From Paraspadella gotoi (Eukaryota > Animalia > Chaetognatha): DNA of 64,000 nt. The notes beneath the pieces were generated by a model, which searched no databases, was not told where the DNA came from, and was given only the letters and a program-made list of their open reading frames with translations. The position numbers were made by a program, and so were the translations under genes. Positions 27,414-38,900 of this stretch are shown here, in pieces. The first letter of the stretch is position 1. Every line of letters starts with the position of its first letter. Where the stretch lies: assembly GCA_051294375.1 (NCBI GenBank), contig CM119265.1:21390278-21454277 (forward strand). The letters run 5' to 3'.

Positions 27414-28584
27414 TAGTGTTCCGATAACCGTTAACGGTTATTAACGGTTAAAAATAATTTTAACTTAACCGTTAATATATTTATTTTAACGGTTAAATTC
27501 GGTTAATTTTCAAATGTGATTTTTTTTATTTTTTGGTATGAAATCTTTAAATTTAAAAAAACCCTTTTTTTCCTGTTCTCTTATTCTCCTCTTCCCTTCT
27601 AACCATATTTTTACCCCTTTCTCTCTTCTCCACTTTTTCCCTGCTTTTTTCCTTTGTTATTTTCTTCTTTTTTTTCTATCCTCATCTCTCTCTTATTCTT
27701 TCTTCTCCTTTATTTATCTCCTCCTATTCCTTTCTTTTTCTTTCTCACTTTTCCCCTTTTTCTTTTCCCCTTTATTTTTTCTCCTTTTTTCGCCCTTTGC
27801 TTTTACCTTTTTCATTTTTTTTGCCCTTTCATGCAAAAATATATATTCAATTTAGCTAAAAATAAATAATCCCTCTTATTTTTACTTTTTCTCTCTTTTT
27901 CTTTCTCTCTTTAAAATTAACAAAGAAGCAAATGAAATAAAACCGAATGAATGAAAAAAATCAATAAAAAACCAAATAAAAAAATTATTTTAAAAAATTT
28001 AAAAATTAATAATAGAAGGAACAATCTTAAAAAAGACATATAAAAAGAATAATGATGATATACTTTTTAATTAAACTGAAAAATATATTTATTAATCAAT
28101 AAATATTTTGATCAATCGATAAAATTAAATTAAATTCATGACCATTGGTCATAGTTTATGAAAGACTAACAACAGAAAACAAGTGTTTAAGAAACTAACA
28201 ACTACAAAAATATGAGGAAGAGAAGTAGAGAAAGAAAAGAGAAAGCAAAAGAGAGAAAGAGAAAACAAAATATAGAATTAGAATTTGATGGTATCCTTTC
28301 GTTTCGTTGTGTTATGAGATTAGCAAAAATATTTGTTTTTTACAACAATTTTATTTGACATAAAAAACAGACATATTTCGACTCTGTTTCAAGTCTTTAT
28401 CAGCGAATTCAAGAGCCAGAGTTAAAGAGAAAATACTATTAAATACTTTAGTTTGTTTTAAATCTTAATATTTTAAATTTAAAGTTAAATTATAAATTAA
28501 CCGATCTTAACGGTTAACCGTTAAAAATGTTAGTTTTAACGGTTAAACGAATTTCCTAAAAAATTAACGGTTATCGGAACTCTA
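27414..28584. mobile_element. Non-autonomous hAT-like DNA transposon (MITE-like)
   Basis: 21-bp TIRs TAGTGTTCCGATAACCGTTAA and TTAACGGTTATCGGAACTCTA (1 mismatch); many subterminal AACCGTTAA/TTAACGGTT motifs; flanking 8-mers GGTCCGAA and GGTCCTCA (6/8); no ORF. Confidence 0.8.
28290..28410 (-). repeat. Penelope-type terminal-repeat fragment with degenerate hammerhead
   Basis: Reverse strand reads CTGATAA-A-GACTT(GAAACA)GAGTC-GAAA-TATGTC-TGTTT followed by ...TTGCTAATCTCATAACACAACGAAACGAAAGG; this tail recurs at ~48760-48835 (+). Confidence 0.65.
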
Positions 28585-29065
28585 GGTCCTCAATCTTGTC
28601 GGGCATTAACTTATTTCATGTCAAACATCGAATTATGATAAATTATGCAAAAAAAAATATGTCCGTCAGTCCGTCCAACCTTAGTAAAAAACTCCAATTA
28701 CTCGTGATTGGATGGTTGGACTGGAATGAAATTTTGTGTGTGGGTAGGAAAGTGTGTGATTGAGCTGGATAAGAAGTTTCGTTGGAATCGTGCAAGTGGA
28801 AATGGAAAAAACCAAAGTCATATCTACTTGAAGTATTTTTATTTATATTTACTCATAATTATTATATTTATTAAAAATTGGATAGAAAATTGAAATGAAA
28901 TTTTGTGTGTGGGTAGGAAAGTTTGCAATTAAGCTGGAAATAAATTTTTGATGGAATCGTAGAAGTGGAAGAGTTTAAATTTAAAAAACAAAATACACAA
29001 TGTGTATTAGACATTTATTTGAATTTTTAAAAATTTCTCTCTCTTCTCTCTCTGATTGATTGATT

Positions 29066-29272
29066 GCAAGTTGACCAAATATTGCCAGTTGACCAAGTTA
29101 TCCAAGTGACCTAAATTCTGCAAGTTGACCAAATTTTGCAAGTTAAAAAAAATTATGTCAGTTGACCAAATTATGCCAGTAGACCAAATAATGGAAGTTG
29201 ATTAAATGACGCATGTTGATAAAATTATGCAAGTTGACCAAATTATGCAAAATTAGCAAATTATGCAAGCTG
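29066..29272. repeat. Degenerate ~19-20-bp tandem repeat (TGCAAGTTGACCAAATTA)
   Basis: About ten imperfect copies visible. Confidence 0.85.
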
Positions 29273-30899
29273 GTATAAGCGAGGCTACTGGTAATGATTG
29301 ATAGATCATTTGATTTATAGATTTTTTCATCGTGAATTTCCTTTCGATTTTTTCATATATTTATTATATGCGTTTTATTTCGAATTCAACAAGGTTGATT
29401 CGGTACATACATGAGCATCAAAAACAAGCTAAGACTAAAGACAAAACAAAGTTAAAGATTGCATGAAAACTACCACTATAGACAAAACAAGGTTAAAGTT
29501 ATTGATTAAAATATTTCAATCATTAAAGAATGCGACTATTCTTTTGAGAACTAAATTAGGAAGTCTGTTATGATTTTTTATGTTAAGATCACAAATTGAA
29601 AGTCAGAAAACATTACCCTGATTTATCATCGGATTAGCTTATTACCGCTTAATTATCGTAGGCAGATCCGACTTTGTTTGCTCAAACTTGTTTCCTTATA
29701 CGTAGCTTATAAAAACAAATAAAAATATTAGCATTACAACCTTTGCCACCGACTAAGAATTTAGAATAGAGTGATCTGTGGTAATTTATAAACAAAAAGG
29801 TTCTTCAAAAATATACGACGCCAAAGTAAACATTTCGTATGAATTTAAAAAACAAAACGAAAACCATTTTCCAGCCGAGAAGTGTTTCACTAAATTTAAG
29901 ATCTTGATAATGGCCGAGTCGCACTCGATTCTCGAGGGAGAGCCTCCGAGTCTCAGACGGCACGAAACAGAGCCGAGTGAAGCTAGGGGTCCGACACGAG
30001 GTGACGACTAGGATGAAATTCTCAGAAGAAACGAGTTTTCTCTCTTCCCTTGTTGCACGATCTCCAACATTTCACTCTCCTTCATCGTCAAACGAGGGAA
30101 GAATGGGAGAACATTTGTTTTCCCGGTTTACAACCAGACTTGCGAATTTAGGAACTGACCGAAAAATACGTGCGTTTGATTCATTATAACCTCGATGAAC
30201 CAAGGTCGCCCGACCATAGCCATCGATTAAAAGTCGGAGGAAAGCGATGACTTTTGATTGATGATCATGGAACGACTCAATTAAAAAAACGTATAAAATA
30301 CGTAACTTATTTTTTCCCTAGAATACGAACAATTGCTAATAGTTATTTTAAATACGTTAAACGAAAAAGAATTTTTTTTAAAAAATGCCAGAATTAGTCT
30401 TCCAAAAAATTATGTCTCAAAATTTAATTACTTTGCCAAGTTATTTACGGCTTAGCAGCATGTTCTCCCAAATGTTTTTCTTAGCCTTAGGTCTAAATAA
30501 GTTAAAACTTTACAACTGAGATTTAAGCTATTTTTTGTTTCAGTTCATAAAATATTAAACTAAATTTCGAGTTCAATAAATAATTTATTCATTCGACTAG
30601 GAAGTAAGGATTCAATACAAATCAGTTAAACTGTACATTGTTGATGTTGATAGTTTAATGATTACAAATTTCATTTTTCTGATTTAATTCAAAAATATAT
30701 ACTCTGTTAATACCGAGTGCTCAACTAAGATATTTTGCAAGTTGATATTATTAGCGGTGTCTTCTAAGAAAAAACTTCGCTGCGTGAGATTGTTTTTTTC
30801 TTTTAGTTTTATGTTTTTATTGTTTTTTTTCTTTTTTAAGATCTCTGATTCTTTCACACTTAAATTCAAAATTCCTGACAGGAGCTTGCTTAGACGATT

Positions 30900-32035
30900 C
30901 TAAGACTTATCTCGCCTTTCATTTACCATCCTTTCGGGTCGTGTACGTATTATTTTATTAGAAGGCATTAAATGTCCTAAATGCAAAAAAATCTAATTTT
31001 GTTAATATATTAAATTTTAGAAAAAAAATAAAAATAACTTGAATACTTTTTAAAGACAATCTTTTTAATTTGTTATTTTCTTGTTCTAATATTTTACATT
31101 CATCCCAAATAACCCCTGGGTCAGGAAATTGACAGGTATTAGTGCAATCAAAAAGGTGTTGTAAAATAGCAGAATCTTTTATTTTATTATCTTTTACATA
31201 ATTTTTATGTTCCGATTTTCTTTTTTCCCACAACCTGTCAGTTTCCCCATTGTACATTTTACCACATTTTAAAGGGATTTGATAAACATACAAGATTTTT
31301 CTTCCTCAGGGATCGGATCTTTAAGTTTAATTAGGTTTTGTTTAATTGTATTACAACTTTTGTAAGCAGGTAAAATATTAAAACGTTTACATATCCTATA
31401 TAAAGTAGAAGCTAGTACAGATCCAGGAAAAGGAATTGTAATTCTTTGTTTAGCTAATTGTTCTGCTTTATTTTGTTTTTTAATTTTTTAAAATATAATA
31501 GGATTTCTTAGTTTTTATAATTCCTCTTCTTGAACCTTGCTTACAGTTTTCAGTATTACTTGTTTTGCCTTTTCCCTGTCCCATCCATTTGCAACAGAAA
31601 CAGATTCTATTAAAGTTAATTCATCCTTTAACTACTGTTTAGTCGAGAAATACTTAAAAGGGTCTTCGACTACTGGTTTTTAATACTGGTTTTAATAATA
31701 GATTTTTTAAATTTAAAATCTCAAAATTAAAAGAAATAGGTATATAAATTGGTGTGCGTTTTCTTTCTAATTACACTAGTTTCAACGCTTCCATTTTCAT
31801 TTAAAATTCGTATATCAAGGAAAGAAAATTTATTTGTAGTTTGAGATTCAAAAGTAAAGTGAATTCTTGGTTCAAAAGAATTAATGTAAGTCATAGAAGT
31901 TTCAATATCAAAACTTAATTGTCAAAAATAAAATAGTTAGCATGTTTAAAGATTATTTCTAAAAAATATTTAATTTCTGGTACACTAAAGGGGGTGTTTA
32001 ATATTAATACTACCATTTTGTCTATAGGAAGCAGG
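30900..32035 (-). mobile_element. Decayed Penelope-like retroelement (RT C-terminus + GIY-YIG endonuclease)
   Basis: Minus-strand fragments NSFEPRIHFTFESQTTNKFSFLDIRI..ETSVIRKKTHTNLY (RT C-terminus), ITIPFPG..KDPIP (linker) and VYQIPLKCGKMYNGETDRLWEKRKSEH..SAILQH (GIY-YIG); stops and frameshifts; boundaries approximate. Confidence 0.88.
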
Positions 32036-32965
32036 ACGGCATAACCAACCCGAACCCCGCCTCAAAGATTTAGTTTACCTTTTTGATTGAACAAATGAAA
32101 TTTATGTAAAATACATGCTTGATTCCTAAACATATGTACATACTTGCTTTGTTTAAATTCACGTAATCCAGAATTAGATTCTGCGTTGCACTCCTCTTAG
32201 CGATCCAGTGGGACAAAGTTTACTCTGTCTCGGGATATGGGAAAGTTCGCGTTGATCGCGCTGCAGCTGCTGCTGCTGAGGTTTGGAGCCGAAATTGAGT
32301 CGACCTGCAAGAAACTGTAGAGGTCGTGTAATTAAGGGCGAAGAAAATGAAACAAATGGTCAACGTATTGTTTACAAACAAAATTTGGAGGCCACGACCG
32401 CATCACGTGACTAGTCTGACTAATCAGGAGCGAAACTGAATATTTTACAAGGTCATGTGATTTTTTTCGTCCTATCAGGGCGAGAACAGCGTGGAGCTTG
32501 TGAAAAAATCTTCAACGCGTTCAAATATCGATAACCCATATTTTTACCATAGTTGAGGCCTTGATGCCTGTATGCCTGTAAGCCTGTAAGCCTGTAAGCC
32601 TGTAAGATCGATCAAAACGCTTACTTATCTTGTCTTCTCTCTTTTTTTTTTCAAAACGAAAAAAACATGTTTTCGCTTTTTTTGGAATTTTTTTAATCAT
32701 GCGTGATCGTTCTGTACATATGTGTTCTCTTGTTATTTCGTTAGCCTACAATAAGGGCGAAGGCTAAACTTGAAAACATTTCGACGATTAATTACTTTTT
32801 TTTTGTGTAGACAGAAATAAACGGCAAGAACTTTCTCTTGTTCCGCGTGATTCCGCTACCATTTTTTGGATCCGCTTCATAGAGTTTGTAAACAAAAACA
32901 AAGAACCGACGGGAAAATGAGAAGAACTTAAATCAAAATAATCGGGGCAATTGACGCCGCTTATT

Positions 32966-35900
32966 ATGGTGTCAAATATAATGGCGTCGACGAAGCTGGC
33001 ATCGTGCGTAAATCTCGTCGTTTTACTTTGTCTTCAAGTCGAAGGCATGACAGTGGAGGAGAAAATCGAGTTGCGGTTCGTAGAGTATATTGATCTTTTC
33101 ACTCTTAATGATTTAATTTCACTCTATTCTAAACAAACTTGACTTGATTTTTAAGGGATCAAACTTTGTCGATGTTTTACCACGCCTACAACGCGTACAT
33201 GACGCATGCGTTTCCGGCCGACGAATTGATGCCGCTGTCCTGTCGGGGCAGATACAGAGGCTCGGAACCTTCGAGGTATTATATGGCTCAACGAATGGAT
33301 TTTTCACTTTTTATGACAATGTTTAAAAATCTTATTACACCCTTAACCCCCCCTTAACCATAGTCGGCGAATGTAAAATTTAGCCGTAATATTTTATTTT
33401 ATGATTTATCTCTTATGGGCGTTCTCATCGTTCGTTGCAGAGGAAACGACGACGATACCTTGGGAAACTTCACATTGACTCTCATCGACTCCCTCGACAC
33501 TTTGGCCATCCTCGATGAGGGAGAGTTCGAAGTCGCTGTCGATCGTGTCGTCAATCAAGTCAAGTTCGACACGGACGTCACCGTTTCAGTTTTCGAAACG
33601 AATATCAGAGTCTTGGGGTAAAAATTGCTATTAATTAATAAATCAATTAAATATTAATGGAGCTATGGTTTTTATAGTGGCTTACTTGGAGGTCACGCTA
33701 TGGCGCTTAATCTTCGAAATAAAAACAAAATGCTGTGGTACAATAATCAGCTTTTAAAAATGGCGGATGATCTAGGACAAAGACTTCTTCCTGCATTTAA
33801 TAGGTAAAATAATGTTTTATTTGGCACATCGCCGCGGCCTTCGAAATTTGTCATTTTAATAGGCATCATAATTTGTCTACTTGAAATAAGTTCGTTGATT
33901 GTTACCATATGAGAACTAATTAATTTTTTGTGTACTTACTAATAACTACTAGAAAGTAAAATTTTTTAACTCAGTTCTACGGGAATCCCCTTTTCACGGA
34001 TTAACCTCCGCGAGGGAATCGACAAAGTGAACCGCGAGACTTGCACCGCTTGTGCCGGCACAATGATCCTCGAGTTCGCGGCGCTCAGTCGATTCACTGG
34101 AAATCCAGTGTACGAGGTGAGTTTCTCCGATTCAGAATCAAAATTTTTTTTTTTTTTGGTGATTAACTTATCTCTGGTCGTCGTATGTAGATTAAGGCTC
34201 GTCATGCGATGGAACAACTGTGGAATTTTCGGCACCGTGAATCCGAACTGGTCGGTACAGTAATCAACGTGGAGAACGGAGAATGGCAAAGGCGGGATAG
34301 CGGAGTTGGTGCTGGCATCGACTCTTATTACGAATATCTGTTTAAAGGTGAAAATTCGTGATATCAAAATTGTTTTTTGTCAATATTCACATTGGGGATC
34401 TACTGAGGGATGAAACGATTCTTTAAATCGCGATACAGGTTACATTCTCCTGGCTGACGATAACTATTTGGCGCGATTCAACCGGCATTATAAATCCATT
34501 CGGAAGTACATTCAGAAAGGACCAATGTGGGTTGATGTCCACATGCACAAGCCGACGTCAAATGCAAAAAACTTTATGGATGCTCTGATGGCGTATTGGC
34601 CGGGACTGCAAGTCTTGACGGGAGATTTAGAGTCAGCGATAGAAACGCACGAAATGTTGTATCAGGTATGGAATATAACCGCAAATTACGAGGGACAAGT
34701 AGCGAAACCTTTATGTAGTATGTAAGGGAAACATGAATTGCAAGCTGAAACTTATAATCATGGTAAATGTTTCTTGTAGGTAATGCGTCGTCACGGAGGA
34801 TTTCTACCCGAGGCCTTCACCACTGACTTTCGCGTTCACTGGGGCCAAAGTCCTTTGAGACCGGAGTTCATCGAATCGACATATTTTCTCTACAAGGTGC
34901 CCTGACGAGCGATCAACTCGCCACTAAAAAGCTTTGGCAAACAATATCGGATCTCGTAGAAATTGTCCTTATTAACGTTGAAGTGACCGAGAGGAAAGAG
35001 GGTCGCCATGTGGATAGCCCTCACACTTAGTGTGCCCAGAGGGTCTGGGAGATTTTTCCGTCAGTTGCCTGGCTTTCCGGAACTTCGGATCGGGCGGTAG
35101 GTGGTTTAACCGGCCCGTCACTCTTTTTGCAAAGACTGTTCCGACCAGGGCTCAAACCCGGGACCATTGGGTTCGGAGATGAAGCGTAAGCCCTGTGCGC
35201 TATTACGGCGCTGATGGAGGGAACTGTCGTATCCAACGGGTAGTGATATTACATCACCATCACAACAACGTAGTTATTGTTTATTTCATTAATTTAAAAA
35301 TTAAATGGTTAAGTGAATAAGTTTTTTTTTTTACTTACTCATTTCCAATTGCACGATTCAATCAAAAAAGATTATTTTCAAGTTTAATCTTCCTATTTTG
35401 TACGAAATTTCAGCTCAGTTGCTCAGTGCGAGCCCGAGTAATTAGTTTAAACCGGTCTGACTTTTTTTTGTTGCCTAATATTTTATAATTCGATGTTTTA
35501 TGATGTCTTGATTGATTGACCGACCAAATAATGGGAAGCGGTCAACGGATCCACGGTGTATTTTAGTCGTTAAGTAGTTCCGACTAACAAACAACCCAAA
35601 CGCCTCTTTGACTTCTGTTGATCTTTGATTAAGGCTACGAAGGATCCTCATTACTTGGAAGTCGGGAGACAGGTTCTCAACTCGATCGAACAATTGGCGA
35701 GAGTCCCATGTGGTTACGCTGGCATAAAGGACGTAAGGACCGGCGCTCACGAGGACAGGTAGCCCTCTTTTTAACGAAGCAAATTCCGGTGGCGAGAGGG
35801 GAATAGAGATAGAAAAACAGAAAGATTCGAAGGCAAAAAAGCGCGAGATAGAGAGGACTCATGTTTTCACCTAATGGAAGATAGTAAAAGACTCGATCTT

Positions 35901-38900
35901 CAGCTGCGTCTCACCATCGCCTCCAATCGTTTCCTCCTAGGATGGACTCCTTCGTTTTGGCCGAACTTTTCAAATATCTTTTTCTCCTCTTTTCCGACGA
36001 AGAAGATCTCAACATTGACATCGACGATTACGTTTTTACGACCGAAGCTCATCTTATCCCTTTGTCCATCTCCGCTTTTTCCCCGGTAATATTGTCAGAC
36101 CAGGGAAAGCGTTATGCTTTATAAAGAAACATATATGAACCAGTGGAAATGAAAGACACCACGAGTAACAAAGACTACAAACGCAATTAAAACAGCATAA
36201 CAAAATATTAGCAATTTAAAAAAAAGTAATTTCGGATTTAGTGTAGGACAAAAGGAATTAACAAACAAATTTAAAAACCTTTCTTTAATAATTAATATTT
36301 TACAATGACTACTTAGAAAAAGATTTTGCTCATTATATTCAATCCATCCTCATTCACCTATCCATTTGTCCGACCACGCGTGACCGACACAGATCTTAAA
36401 TTCCGTTCTCAGACGGCTTCCTCTTCGGAGTCGTCAACCAGTCCACCACCGATCGTTCCTCTCACACCCGCCGACGAAGAGGTGGAAGAGATGGCCAAGA
36501 CTTGTATCGCTCATCCAGAGCTGACCATGCGCTTCCCCGGAATGACGGAGGAAATAAGGAAACCGCTCCACAACATGGTGGAGATGGCATGCCCGAAATC
36601 GGCCCAGGTGGGACATATTATCTCGGGAGTGAAAGGAAGCTCGAGCTAGCAGGTTCTCGCGCTTTTTCGACTCCAGCTTAAAAAGATTCCAGTGCCTGTC
36701 TTGTGTCATTCTCTCATGTTATCTACTAAAAAGCTTTTTTACGTATCTTTTAAAATGTTTTAATATTTTTGCCTAAATTTGATATCTACGCTTACTTGCA
36801 TCAGCCCGTTGATATTAAATCAGTCAGTTCCACACGCATAAGCGACCAGCTGAATTATTTTAATTTCGTTACGAGCTAGCCACATTTGCGTGCAAAGCCG
36901 ATTGATCCTTTTATTGTATTTTTTTGCATTTGAATCGCGCGTATTTTTTTGAACGCGGACGTAGAAGAATTTGAGGTAGATTACCACAAAGAAAAAAAAG
37001 ATTTGATCGAGAACCTCTGGAGTTTCGTTTCTATTCTCGACATGCGTCAGTATCTTTTTTTTTTTCGGTTTCGTCGTCGTAGTCTTCGATCGCTAAATTG
37101 GCTTCCAACTTTTTTTTCTTCCGATTAAATGACTACCGGTCTTAGAAAACACGTTTCTTGATTTTTTTTTTCTGTCTCGACTCAATTCTACGTCGAAAAA
37201 AAACCTGTCTTTCAATTCTAAGTCGACTATACAGACGAAAGAAATGATTTATTGAAGCACCGCTTCTATTCTAAACGTATAGGGCGATGCTTCTTTTTAG
37301 GACTCGGTACTCAGTCACTTTGACATACGAGTCTTTTTTGTTGTCGGAGTCAGAGGGATTTAAAGATTCGGGAGATGTTCGTCGTTCATAGCTCTAGTTA
37401 AGATTGCTCAGTTAAGATTTTTTTTTCTTTGTCCATAATTTTTTTGACCTTCACCTATCTCTAGAATGATCCTAGGCACTAAGAGGTCCTCCATTAACGT
37501 GGAGGTTATTTGTATCTTGAACATTAAGTCAGAAATATTACTTTCTATTCATCGGTAATTTACGGTTCCGTGATAAAATACTGAACGCGAAATCCGAAAC
37601 TAAAACTCGTTTTTTTTCCCGTTTCTTTTTTCCCCCCCTTTTTCCAATCGAACAAAAAAAAAACCGTTCAGAATGACGTGGCGAAATTACGGGCGAGCGA
37701 ATTCCAGGCCGGCAACAAGGACCACATCGCCGCGCTGGAGCAGATGGGAATCCGGTTGGTGACGATGAAGGACGGCCGGGTGCAGCTACTGCACACGGCG
37801 ACGCAGGCTGCCTCGGCGGACGACGCCCGAGACGGCATGATCTTCATGCAGGAGATGATCGAACTCTCCAAGAGCGCCTCTTCACAGGAAGGTCCGCTAT
37901 GGATCCTTTTTTAGCTTTTATGAGACTTATGGGGATCCTCCATGCTATTATTTAATATGATGTCGGGAGCCCATTATGAGCGGAGTTTATTGTAAAGAAC
38001 AATGCAATGACAAGATGAAAGGCTTTAAGCATGGTAATAATGACTCATAATAAACTTAGACGCTGGTTAATAAATTTTATGTGACGTTCAAATCAATGCC
38101 AAATATTCAAAAGTTTGTCCGACATCCAATACCAGGATTTGCGAGTCTGTTTTTGTGGGAGTTTCATGTAAGAGTTTTTGAGTTTTATAGTGACACCGGT
38201 TTAGGAATATTTTAGTCAAAGTATTTTCTCTTTGATTCTGAGTACAGTAGCCACTGCAATGAATTTTAACATTAATTCCTAAGTTTTTATCTTTCAGCGG
38301 AGCCCCAAACACGCGTCGTGGAATTTTTCGATCAAAACGATGAGCTTGTCTCTCTTGTGGCGGGACCCGCCCAATTTGGTTACGATCTAGCTACAAACGC
38401 CCCGGTAAGTTAAAATTTCGCGATTTCATCTTTTTCCCTCTTCAGTAAAACAGTAACATTCAACCAAATCTTTTCTTGCTAAGGTTGAAGGCAAAGCGGT
38501 TAAACTGAATCCTATCCACGGATGTCGTGACATAACCAACGGAGACCAAATTGCTGGGAAAATTGCCATCCTCGAGCGGGGCGAATGCATGTTTATCTTG
38601 AAGGCGCGAAACCTTGAAAGGCTTGGTGCCATTGGTGGAATCGTCGTTGGTGAGAAACTTAGATGTTTTGAAAAACTTTTCTTTTTTTGTCCTAACGATC
38701 CATATCCCCCACCATCTTTCAAGACAACAACCTCGACTCGTCGGCTGTCTCGTCTCCCCTTTTCTCTATGTCCGGCGACGGCACGGACGACGTGCGGATT
38801 CCGCTTGTCTTCCTCTTCGATTTGGAGGGCAGGCGCGTCCTCGACGCCATCTCGATCGATCCTTCCCTCCTCGTTACCCTCGCTGAAAAGCCTGGCTATG

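Larger units (their letters stand above)
27343..29300 (+). mobile_element. Helentron/DINE-1-like non-autonomous repeat interrupted by the hAT-like element
   Basis: Begins TTTTTGAGTCGG..CCGACTCTATAA..TGTCGGACCGTCGGTCC; after the insertion come GTCCGTCAGTCCGTCC, a ~180-bp-period duplication (ATGAAATTTTGTGTGTGGGTAGGAAAGT at ~28716 and ~28895) and ~19-bp tandem units. A similar 5' end occurs at ~55288-55362. Family assignment rests on general architecture. Confidence 0.5.

Noticed and set aside
29066-29272. Short repeat array as CRISPR
   Set aside because: Contiguous degenerate tandem units with no unique spacers, no cas genes, eukaryotic context.
35095-35215. Functional tRNA gene
   Set aside because: Cloverleaf cannot be completed; part of a diverged dispersed repeat.
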